Shown here in pieces: positions 25,238-35,700 of a DNA stretch of 64,000 bases. Position numbers and translations under genes: made by a program. Under the pieces are notes generated by a model that was not told the DNA's origin, did not search any database, and saw nothing but the letters and a program-made list of their open reading frames with translations. Every line of letters begins with the position of its first letter. Positions within the stretch are counted from its first letter, which is position 1. The DNA is from Malacoraja senta (lineage: Eukaryota), in NCBI GenBank assembly GCA_038087875.1, contig CM075990.1, positions 15,068,001-15,132,000 on the forward strand, read 5' to 3'.

Positions 25238-25655
25238 GTGTGTTGGAAGGAACTGCAGATGCTGGTTTAAACCGAAGATAGACACAAAAAGCTGGAGTAA
25301 CTCAGCGGGTCAGGCAGCATCTCTGGAGTAAAGGAATAGGTGACATTTCGGGTCGAGACCCTTCTTCAGACTGAGAGTCAGGGGAAAGGGAAAGAGATAT
25401 AGATGGTGATATATAGATGGTAATATAGAGAGATATAGAACAAATGAATGATAGATATGCAAAATAGTAACGGTGATAAAGAAAAGAGGCCATTGTTAGC
25501 GGTTTGTTAGGTGAGAACGAGTACAGACAATGAGTCTCAACAAGCCAACTCCTGATAGACGCCAAATGCTGGAGTAACTCAGCTGGACGGGCAACATCTC
25601 TGGAGAGATGGAATGGGTGACGTTTCGGGTCGAGACTCTTCTTCAGACTGAAGTT
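25238..25655 (-). mobile_element. Tandem Penelope-like repeats with two hammerhead cores
   Basis: Cores at 25342-25369 and 25619-25646, same orientation. Confidence 0.8.
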
Positions 25656-25849
25656 CCTTCCTGCACAAGATGACTCCTTTAATTGCCATGTTTGGAGGGT
25701 CATTTCATTTCGATCAGCATCCATACCTAGAAAGGAAATAATCACAGAGCCTGCACAGTCCAGTTAAACTCTACACTCTGAAGGCTGCCCGAGACACCTA
25801 GGGGATGGTCTTAATGTCATTCAGGCATTCACAATACACATGGCTTACA

Positions 25850-26215
25850 TACCAGTTAATAATTGTTTGGTTAGGCCACAGCTGGAGTAATTGTGCAGTT
25901 CTGGTGGCTATGCTATAAGAAGGATGTGATTGCACTGGAAAGAGTGCAGTAAAGATTCAATTGAATGTTTGGGTTATGAGGAGTGGCAATGTAGGCTTAT
26001 CTCCCTTGGAGCAGAGAGGGGAGATATGATAGAGGTATATAGAAGTATGGGCAGCAAATTCAGGTTACGTGGTAAGAAGCTTCTCGCCATGGCAGAGATC
26101 TTTGAGATGAGGACAAGAGGTTTAGTGGGCATCTGTGGAAATATCTTGCCATCCAGAGTGGCTGCAATCTGGGACACAGTGCTTGAGAAGGTAGTAGAGG
26201 CAGAGACAATACTCT
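25850..26215 (+). mobile_element. Old CR1 fragment
   Basis: GGTTAGGCCACAGCTGGAGTA..GTGCAGTTCTGG; RGDMIEVY. Confidence 0.7.
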
Positions 26216-26305
26216 ATCCATTTCCCCCATTGCTGCTTGACCTGTGGAGTTACTCCTGCTTTCTGTGTCTTTTTTAGCTGCATTTCATTATTGAGCAAAC
26301 ACTAA

Positions 26306-26870
26306 AGGGCCTGTCCCACGAGCATGCGACTGCATGCGGCTAGCGCGACCTAACATGGTCGCGCTAGCAGTGCGGCCTCGCGGGGCCGGTCCCACTTCGA
26401 TCGCCGGAGCCGCATGGAGTTGTGCGGAACTGGTCCCGACATCGCGCGGGGCTCCGAAAAACTGACAGTGTTCAAAAATTCCGCGCGGCAAAGGCCTGCC
26501 GGCCCACTGCCGCATGGAGGCCGCACGCACCGCCTTGACGCCGCACGCACCGCCTCAACACCATACGCAGCGCCTTGATGCCCTACGCAGCCTTGATGGC
26601 GTACGCCTAGCGCGTGGCATTGTGCGATGACGTCACCGCCTGCCGTGCCGTTGTGTGATGACGTAACCGCCCGACGCCGTGCGACGTCCAAATTCAGTCG
26701 GCCCGCCTCCTGCCCAGCTGATTGGTGAATACGTTGTTGGGACCAGCCCAGCACAACTCCAGACGGCTCCGCGGTTGGAAGTGGGACCGGCCGCGCGAGG
26801 CCGTACGCCTCAAGCCACCACGTTTGGTCCCGCTAGACGCATGCAGTCGCATGCTGGTGGGACAGGCCCT
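26306..26870. mobile_element. Harbinger-type MITE, family C (565 bp)
   Basis: AGGGCCTGTCCCACGAGCATGCGACTGCATGCG...CGCATGCAGTCGCATGCTGGTGGGACAGGCCCT; TAA on both sides. Confidence 0.92.
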
Positions 26871-28227
26871 TAAGTGCTCAGAGAGGACAGGCAGCATCTG
26901 AGAGGACGTGCACAGTCAATGTTTCAGGTTTCAAAAAGGAAAAATCCTTTTTCAGACTCATCACTTGTGTTTTTCTCAAGATCGCATTTGCAGTAGTTTG
27001 TGTCTCCATTTCATTATTCATGAGAAAATAAAGAAAAGTAATGAAATAGATTATGTTTGCAGAAACTTTACAAGTAACCCCTGCATATTTAATCTGAAAT
27101 GTATTTCTTTTTGAATGTCCATTTAAGATAGTTTAGAGGCATTAGGGGTTAATAAACTGTAGCCCAAAATGATATACATTTGCATCGTTACAGATGTTTC
27201 TTCATTAGCTTCAGTAAGAAACAGGAAATCAGCCAAGTTTTAGTTAAGTCTTTGGCAGTCCTAAACAATATCAGACCTTTTCATCGCTGCATTGAGATAC
27301 CCAAACTGTTGGAAAATTTGCAACACATATTTCAGTTGGGTGATTATCCAATAAATCCATTTTTTTCTCAGATGTTGTCTTCATCAGTCAACCAAGCAAT
27401 GTTTTCTTTGGCAGGTTGTAGTATTTTATTGAATATGCTGTAATATTTTGAGCATGGATTTCACATAAATTCAAAATGGTAACATTGATCTGAATTTCAC
27501 TGCAATGATTTCACAATGTCAGCGAAGCCGGGACAGCCCATTCGATCCTTGGTGATATATGAACAAATAGGCGGACTGGATCACAGCAGAGTGGGCCAAG
27601 GATCATATTTAAGATTGTGAGGAAGAACTTTTTTTGAGGCATCCAATAATAATCACCTGGAACCTAATGCTGATGAGGGGCAGAAGCAGAGATGACAAAT
27701 TATATCAAAAGGAAATTGGACATGCATTGAAGGAAATACATTTTCATTGCAAGTTGGATATGACATTTACTGAGTGTGTCAGATGGTGGGTTTTTTGCAC
27801 CATTTCGACTTTACTTCATGGGCCTCAGCTCTTTGCCATTCAGATCAGAGATGTGGATAAGGAGACCATATAATGTGTCCACGTTTACTGACATTAACAA
27901 AGTGTAATAGCTAAGTTCAGGTGTGAATAAAGCATAGAGAGTTGCAGAGAGGTAAAATAATTAATGTTGCAAGAAATGCCAAGTTATCCATAATGGTAAT
28001 GAAGAAAACCACGAAGTGTGTAACATTAGAGATATTTGGAGGTCCGTCCATACACATCACACTGTTAACATACAGGTTCAGCTAGTAAATAAGAAGGACA
28101 TTGTACAATGCCATTAAATACTAGTGAATCAGGTTTAGGTTAATAATTGTCGTGTGTACCAAGGTACAGTGAAAAGCTTTCTTTCGCATCCAAATAGATC
28201 AGATACAACATATATATATATATGCCG

Positions 28228-29245
28228 TATATATGTATCTTCTTCAGATCGTTTCCCTTGTCGTGGTGAAGAGGCTTGTGCACCCCAATGATTCCAGGAG
28301 CGATGTCGTCGGACGCACCAGCTTCTGTTAGGGCCACCCATGGCGGTAAGGTTGAGGATGAGGGTCCAGACTAAGAACGATTACGGAGAGTCGGTATGTC
28401 AAGGAGGACTCTCTCTAACTTCTACAGGTGCACAGTAGAGAGCATGCTGACCGGTTGCATCGTGGCTTGGTTCGGCAACTTGAGCGCCCTGGAGCGGAAA
28501 AGACTACAAAAAGTAGTAAACACTGCCCAGTCCATCATCGGCTCTGACCTCCCTTCCATCGAGGGGATCTATCACAGTCGCTGCCTCAAAATGGCTGGCA
28601 GTATCATCAAGGACCCACACCATCCTGGCCACACACTCATCTCCCCGCTACCTTCAGGTAGAAGGTACAGGAGCCTGAAGACTGCAACGACCAGGTTCAG
28701 AAATAGCTACTTCCCCACAGCCATCAGGCTATTAAACTCGGCTCGGACAAAACTCTGAACATTAATAGCCCATTATCTGTTTATTTGCACTTTATCAGTT
28801 TATTTATTCATGTGTGTATATGTTTATATAATGGTATATGGACACACTGATCTGTTTTGTAGTCGATGCCTACTATGTTCTGTTGTGCTGAAGCAAAGCA
28901 AGAATTTCAATGTCCTATCAGGGACACATGACAATAAACTCTCTTGAATCTTGAATCTTGAATCTTGATCTAACCTACGAGACCTCAACGGCGGACCAAG
29001 CAGACGAAGTTATCTTGAACTCAACGGCTGTGAAGGCGGATGAAGGCTGCAACAGATCTATCGGCTCCAATCATCTTGGTTCCCTTGCCATTGGAATGAG
29101 TTGATTGATTTGTGAAGGACCGTGTGCTTCTTGGATTGCCACATCAAGTACACGGTAAACAAACACATGCACAGGCGTCTTCGTTCTGTGAGCAGCAAAC
29201 AGAACATAGACCATCATCCTCGACCTCAAGGGATAGCCATGAAAT
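28228..29245 (+). mobile_element. Short RTE-clade-derived element interrupted by a Rex insertion
   Basis: Head CCTTGTCGTGGTGAAGAGGCTTG...AGGGCCACCCATGGCGG resembles RTE (Rex3/BovB-type) 5'UTRs; resumes at ~28969. Confidence 0.6.
28382..28968 (+). mobile_element. Young Rex1/Babar LINE 3' fragment
   Basis: Intact ORF 28396..28758 (FYRCTVESMLT, HPGHTL, RFRNSYFPTAIRLLN); (CTTGAAT)n tail. Confidence 0.92.
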
Positions 29246-29249
29246 ATGC

Positions 29250-29785
29250 AATCAGTTCAAACTAAAAAAACAACCCATGAAGCAATGGGCAAGATACAGA
29301 GTACAGAATATAGTTCTCAACATTGTAGAGCATTGTAGCACATCGGTTGCTGAGACAAACTGTAATGTTTTCAATGGGGTAGAGGTGAATCTCACAGTAC
29401 CTTAGCTTATGGAAGGCTTTCAAGCTTCTGTACATTCTGCCAGGCGAGAGCATGGTGAAGAAGGAATGATCAGGGTGGGACAAGTCTTTGATGATGTTGC
29501 CTGCTTTTCCCAGGCAACTTGAAATGTAGTTGGAGTCTGGTGGGAAGTCTGATCTGAATGATGTCCTGGGCTACATTCGACATCTCCTTGCAATTTGTTG
29601 CGGTCATGGGCAGAGCTGTTCTCAAACCAAGCTGTGGTGCAACCCAACTGTGTGATTTCCAAGGTGCACTTGTAGAAGTTTGTGATATTCACTGGAGACA
29701 TGCCAAATTTCCTCAGTCGCCTCAGAAATTAGAGGCATTGCTGTGCCTTCTTGGCTGTCGCATTAATGTGGTTGGTCACGACAGA
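29250..29785 (-). mobile_element. Old Rex1/Babar fragment
   Basis: ORF 29420..29701 (TNFYKCTLE..LGCTTAWF). Confidence 0.75.
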
Positions 29786-30117
29786 TTATTTAAGGATAAA
29801 GGAAGCATTCTGGAATGTTTTTCCACCCTTAGTTAGAACATATCTGATTTACTGTGCCAATTCTGCCTTTCCTTATTCAAGGAACCATATACCTAATTTA
29901 GGTGGAGTGAAGTAAAGGTTTGTTGGACTGGTTTCTGAGATGCTGAATGAGGGCAGTGATCATCTGTAACTAAAGTTATTCTCTCCATCTTCACTGGACA
30001 TTCACTAACACTGGTATCACAAAGATCCCTGCTTTAAATGTTCAAGCTGACAGGGTAATCGACACTGATTTTGAGTTGGATCAGCCCTATAAATAGTGAC
30101 TATAAAAGCAGGCCATA

Positions 30118-30330
30118 TAGAACATATAACAGTACAGCACAGGAACAGGCCCTTCGGCCCACAATGTTTGTGTCAAACATAACACTGAATGAAACCGACC
30201 TCATCTGCCTGAACATGATCCATATCCCTCCATTCCATGCATCTCCTGGTGCCTATCTAAAAGCCTCTTAAACATTACTATCATATCTGCCTCCACCGCC
30301 TGCCTTGGCAATGCATTCCAGGCCCACATG
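30118..30330 (-). mobile_element. CR1 3' fragment
   Basis: Reverse CR1 tail (ACAGGCCCTTCGGCCCAC). Confidence 0.7.
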
Positions 30331-30398
30331 TTGAGTTTTTGTGCAATGAACTGACCACCTAATGTTGGAGATTTTCACCATGGTCATATACAGATAAT

Positions 30399-30709
30399 TC
30401 CAGAACCAGGGGCCACAGTTTAAGAATAAGGAGTAAGCCATTTAGAACGGAGACGAGGAAACACTTTTTCTCACAGAGAGTGGTGAGTCTGTGGAATTCT
30501 CTGCCTCAGAGGGCGTTGGAGGCAGGTTCTCTGGATGCTTTCAAGAGAGAGCTAGATAGGGCTCCTAAAAATAGCGGAGTCAGGGGATATGGGGAGAAGG
30601 CAGGAACGGGGTACTGATTGGGGATGATCAGCCATGATCACATTGAATGGCGGTGCTGGCTCGAAGGGCCGAATGGCCTACTTCTGCACCTATTGTCTAT
30701 TGTCTATTG
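30399..30709 (+). mobile_element. Young CR1 3' fragment
   Basis: SRTRGHSLRI...WNSLPQ; (TATTGTC)n tail. Confidence 0.9.
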
Positions 30710-30916
30710 CCTTTCATTAATAAGGAACATGCAGCTGCAACAGCGCTGAACAAAAATACAAAGCACTTCAAAATAAAGCAATTGAGTGAATGAGGTCCAT
30801 GTTCCATGGAGTTTGGGAGGAGTGGTGATCTCATTGAAATGGGATAGATAATATTTTCCCACAGAGCCCAGTCCCTCCACACACTAGAATCTCCCAACCC
30901 CTGCAGAGTAGTTTTT

Positions 30917-31085
30917 AAGAGGGCTGATCATTGGGCGGTTGCTGCTGGGACGCAAGTCGGGGCCTGATCAACTCCGGCTGGGTCGCCTGGGCGAGGGTGT
31001 CTGATGTTGTGAGACCCGAAACAACCGATGACCCAGATCACATCACTGAGGATGCGTCCCAGCGCATCTAGAAGATGTCTATTTT
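30917..31085 (+). mobile_element. Hero-like (R2 group) non-LTR retrotransposon 3' end
   Basis: Reads KRADHWAVAAGTQVGA-stop, then GGGTCGCCTGGGCGAGGGTGTCTGATG...GACCCGAAAC...CATCACTGAGGATG; resembles fish Hero 3' ends from memory. Confidence 0.55.
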
Positions 31086-31992
31086 TCATACAAGGGGTTG
31101 CAATTGTAGAATATGGGGTCTATTATTTATAATAGAGCTGAGGAGAGATTTCTTCAATTCAAGGCATGTTAACATTTGGAATTCCTCACCTCAGTTGCAC
31201 TTACCAGACATGCCTCTTTTTTAAAATTTACCACAGAATGAAGAGATACGGAATAAAAGTGATGGAAGTTCAGTAACTTTCTTTTTGAATGACAGAGCAG
31301 GCTGAATGGTTAATTCTCCTGATTATTTTATTTCAATGTCTTTGATCATTTGGATGATTAAAAACGTAGTCCTGCTGTCCCACTTTAGTTATCTTCTGTT
31401 CCTCTTTTTGATCTTCGTTGTTGTCTTCCATCAGCACAATCTCGCCTTCAGTAGCCTGTGGCTGTTAACATCTCTCCAACTTTCTCTGAATAGTTTTTGA
31501 TAATTGTTTGCTTCAATATTAATTTCCGTGAAATCCCATTGATTTAGTTGCTGCTGCTGCTGAGGTGGATTATTTGGTATGGACTCAGTTCAGATTTGCC
31601 AGAGTCAACATTGCTGGTACGTTTTAATTCTCTGTGCATACGATGTTCTATTATTAGATGCAGACAACTATTAAAACACCTTCACACATTTGTGATCTAC
31701 CAAGTTTAGCATTTTCATGTAAGATTGTTGATGGCTTCAGTGGTGCTTAGGTTTGGAAGCTCACTGCATGATTGCTGAGCAGGGTCCCATGTTCGCTCCC
31801 TGGTATCTGCTGAATTAGTTGCAGTTATGCAGCACCTCAGTTGATGTTGTTGTCCCTGGGCCGGGAAGGGGAAAGACAACCTTTCCTTCTGCATGTGACT
31901 TGCTTTCTCGTGCTTCTGCTTGGAAGAAGGTTCTTGCATGGATATCAAATGTGGACATACTCAGGCAAATCTATCAGCATGATCCAGGGCCA

Positions 31993-32107
31993 TTCTTCAC
32001 CTTCTTCTTGCGTATGGCGTGCACAGCCTAAAGTTGTAGGACAACTTGTTCTATTTGATCTTATTTGATTGTGCATTCGTCGAAACGTGAAGGTTGCAAT
32101 CTTCCAC
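31993..32107 (-). mobile_element. Short Vingi/ingi-like non-autonomous retroposon
   Basis: Minus strand ends GCCATACGCAAGAAGAAG; head resembles an HDV-like ribozyme remnant. Confidence 0.45.
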
Positions 32108-32685
32108 ATAGCCACTTGGATATTGTACCAGAGAAATGTTGGAGTCCATGGAGCACAGCAAGTGTGATCACATTTGGATTTGGATGGAGGAAAGATAAAA
32201 TGCAGCACACGATTGTGTTTCAAAGAAAACCTTGCAAGTATTTAACTTTTCTGTTGTCTCCTTACAACATTTCTTTTTACTGCTCACACTATTGTATGTC
32301 TAAACACTGTTTAATGAGTTTGCATATAAGATATAATGTTTCCACCATGCACGTTAAATTATTGGAGCAGAGTTCCATAACTGTCTCATATATTTGGGTA
32401 CAAAATAAGGCACTATCTAAGAATCATGGATGAGGAACATTTTTAATTTTAACATTGATGTCAGAAATGTTCCTGATTACATCATCCTTTCATATTATAA
32501 TGAATATCTGTAGCTACTAATGCAACGTTGATAAGTTGGCATGTCTCATACTGGGCATTCTATACTTCTCTTTTCTTTGCATTTCATGGTTGCCATTTTC
32601 AAAAACATATTGCTCTTGCTTGTATCACTGCCTTATTATTCAATAATGTGAATACAGTAAGGGTTTTACAAAAATGGACCATATC

Positions 32686-32972
32686 TAGTTTAGTTTAGAG
32701 ATACAGCGCGGAAACAGGTCCTTCGGCCCACCGATTCCGCACTGACCAGCGATCCCCGCACATTAACACGATCCTACACACACTAGGGACAATCTACACT
32801 TATACCAAGTCCATTAACCTTCATACCTGTACGTCTTTGGTGTGTGGGAGGAAACGGAAAATCTTGGAGAAAACCCACACGGTCACGGGGAGAACGTACA
32901 AACTCCTTACAGACAGCACCCATAGTCGGGGTCGAACCCGGGTCTCAGGTGCTGCAAGCGCTGCAACCGTGC
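32686..32972 (-). mobile_element. V-SINE (HE1-like)
   Basis: Near-identical to 129-434. Confidence 0.88.
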
Positions 32973-33437
32973 ATATTTAACAGGATGCAAAGAAAATGTA
33001 TTGCTCACTGACTTAATGATGGGGTTTAGTGATATGGCAGTCTTGCTGTGAAAACAGATTGTTGAAAGACACAAGCATACTGTGTCATGTGTTCTCCATC
33101 CATCACAAATTGTCCAAAAGTTTCTCTGGAGTGCTGTGGATATATTGGAGGGCTTAATGTGTTATTTAAACAATCATTTCCCTCTGCAGAATCTGAAATA
33201 TGTACATATCCTATGTGGGAACTATTTTATTTTGTACTTCTGACCTGTTGTATAAAGTAAGTGATATAGCAGAGCCTAAAACATGTTTTTCTGCATAGTA
33301 TAAAGTATTTCGAATTTTTTTAATGTATTTTAGTACTCAAACCTACTTAATTATATTTTTGTAATCAAGATTTAATCTTTCTCATTAATACATTCCAGCT
33401 ATAATATTTATCTACCTATAATATTTACATTGTTATA

Positions 33438-33597
33438 GTCAAGTCAAGTTTTATTCGTCGCTTGCACATAAAGTGCAGTGACATGAATTTGCCAGCAGCG
33501 GTACGATAAAAAAAGAACACACAATACACAATAAAAATGTAACACAAACATCCACCACAGCATTCATCACTGTGGTGGAAGGCTCAAAGTTTGGTCA
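33438..33597 (-). mobile_element. 5'-truncated copy of the 17961-18880 family
   Basis: Reverse complement of ~18710-18870. Confidence 0.85.
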
Positions 33598-33674
33598 TTC
33601 TGCATTTGTATCACTAATTTTGCCGCAATAAGTAACAAAATGTTGCATTATTTTGAAAGTAGTTCGATATCTGA

Positions 33675-34712
33675 AATAATAATAATAATAATGAATTTTA
33701 TTTACGGGCGCCTTATACCAAGGTCTCAAGGACACCTTACTGAGATTTATAGGAAACATATAATCAGAATTAAAAAAATAAGTTATAAAGGCCAATACAC
33801 AAATCAGGGACAGAATTCCTTCCAAAAACACAAAAAAGAAAATCAGAAACACAATTTGAGGAGAGAGCAGCAGCAGAGAAACCGCGCCAGCGTCCACTCT
33901 CCCCTCCGACCGCCATCTTGAACACAGACTAACAAATACAATTACAAACAATTACATACAAAAATCATCCCCCCACAATGATTTCCACTGTGGGGGAAGG
34001 CACAATGTCCAGTCCCCAGCCCCAGTTCAACCAAACAGTCAGGCCAAATGAAGCCCCCGCTATTGCCTCTACGGAGGCCCGATGATCCTGGCCGTTCTCG
34101 CCGGGTGATGTAGCCCCGGCGTCGGGAGAGTCCTCCAGCAGCTGGGCCACCTGGAACGGCCGCATCCCTCACCGGAGGCCGCAACTACGGCTGGAACAGC
34201 CGATTTCCCGCAGGCGTCCGCAGCACCTGAAGCCGACAAGGCCACGCCGATTCGGAGCCACGAGGCTCCCGATGTTGGAGTCGGCGCCGCCGCCCGCGGA
34301 TGGTCGCTCCACAGTCCCGCAGCCCGGAGGTGTTGAGCTCGGCGGTCCAGCTCACCGGAGCTCCAGCGCGTCGGTCCAGCGCGGCGACCCAGGCAAGGCA
34401 TCGCCCGCTCCGCTGCGCAATAGCGCTCCAGCGCCGTGCCGCCACCGAAGTTGAGGGTGCTGTGCGGCCCCCGTCGGGAAACGCCGCTCCACGCCCGCTG
34501 GTAGGCCGCGAGGACGGGTCGACTGGGCTGCCGGAGAGAAGGCTGCCTCACCGACCAGGTAGGGACCAGGAAGTGATTTCTCCTTGATCCCCCCACATCA
34601 AAGGCAAAATAAAGAAAAAACAGAGACTTAAAGAAAACTAAAAAACTTGGAAAAAAAGTACAATTAACGGACGGCTGCTGTTTGGCAGCCATTCCTCAAG
34701 ATGGCCCCTCCT
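33675..34712 (-). mobile_element. GC-rich non-autonomous retroposon with an L2-type tail
   Basis: Head homologous to the 17961 element; tail GTAAGGTGTCCTTGAGACC..AAGGCGCCCGTAAATAAAATT(CAT/TAT)n. Confidence 0.75.
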
Positions 34713-35224
34713 CCCTGTGGATAGGTGAAATGTCACCTATCCATGTTTCTAAAGATGCTGTCAGGCCTGTTGAGGTATTTCATCACTTTGTGTCCTGTGT
34801 AAATCAGCATCTACAGTTCCTTGTGCCTAGAAAAAACAGAGGTCTACTCACCACTTGGTTATGTTGTGCCTAACTTCGGGTGGTTCACATTGCCCTGTAT
34901 GTCACGATTGATCTGAGCTGTCAGTTCTGCAACTTGTTGAGAAACAAAAATGTCAAACGGATTAACAAAACTAAAAGAAAGTACGCTGAATTGTGAAGGT
35001 GAAAAAGAAAATTCATACATTAACAAAACAGGATGAAAATTAAAAGTAACAGAAGATTTAGTGATCCTGATGATAATTTACTTTCTATATTCGGGGCTCT
35101 GACATTTACCTCTCGAATTTTTGATACCCTGAGCGATCAGCTGTGAGCTGGAAACATATTACATCAAAAACAAGAGGTGAGAAAGTGATGGCTGCAAGAG
35201 AGAATCGTTTTTAAAATGGTAGCT

Positions 35225-35700
35225 TCCTTTTGCACGAGGAACACCAGAGGTTAAGGGGAGATCTGATAGAAGTATTGAAAACTATGAGAGGCAATCAGAC
35301 AATCAGAAGTTTTGTTCCCAGGGTGGAAATGTCAAAGATTAGATAGCTGAGCTTTATGGTGAGAAGGGCAAGGTTTAAAGGAGATGTGCAAGGAAAGTTT
35401 TTTACACAGGTGGATGTTTTGGAAGTAGGTGGAAGCAGCTACAATAGTGGCATTTACGGGGCTGTTAGATAATAATAATAATAATAGTGAATTTTATTTA
35501 CGGGCGCCTTATACCGAGGTCTCAAGGACACCTTACAGAGATTTATAGGAAACATATAATCAGAATTAAAAAAAATAAGTTATAAAGACCAATACACAAA
35601 TCAGGGACAGAATTCCTTCCAAAAACACAAAAAAGAAAATCAGAAGCACAATAGGTATGTTAATATGCTGGGAATAGAGGGATATGGATCATATGCAAAG
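35225..35700 (+). mobile_element. CR1 fragment with nested insertion
   Basis: RLRGDLIEV; interrupted at 35470-35651. Confidence 0.75.
35470..35651 (-). mobile_element. 5'-truncated copy of the 33675-34712 family
   Basis: Near-identical to ~33677-33855. Confidence 0.88.

Noticed and set aside
25302..25745. Recurrent peptides such as SLKKGLDPKRHPFLLSRDAA and SEEGSRPETSP
   Set aside because: Translations of the non-coding Penelope terminal unit, not a gene family
26306..26870. CpG-island promoter or CRISPR-like array
   Set aside because: CpG richness and short repeats lie wholly inside a TIR element with TAA duplication; there are no unique spacers or cas genes, and the DNA is vertebrate
34069..34692. 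207-aa ORF
   Set aside because: Same GC artefact; no recognisable peptide similarity to the ORFs of the homologous 17961 element
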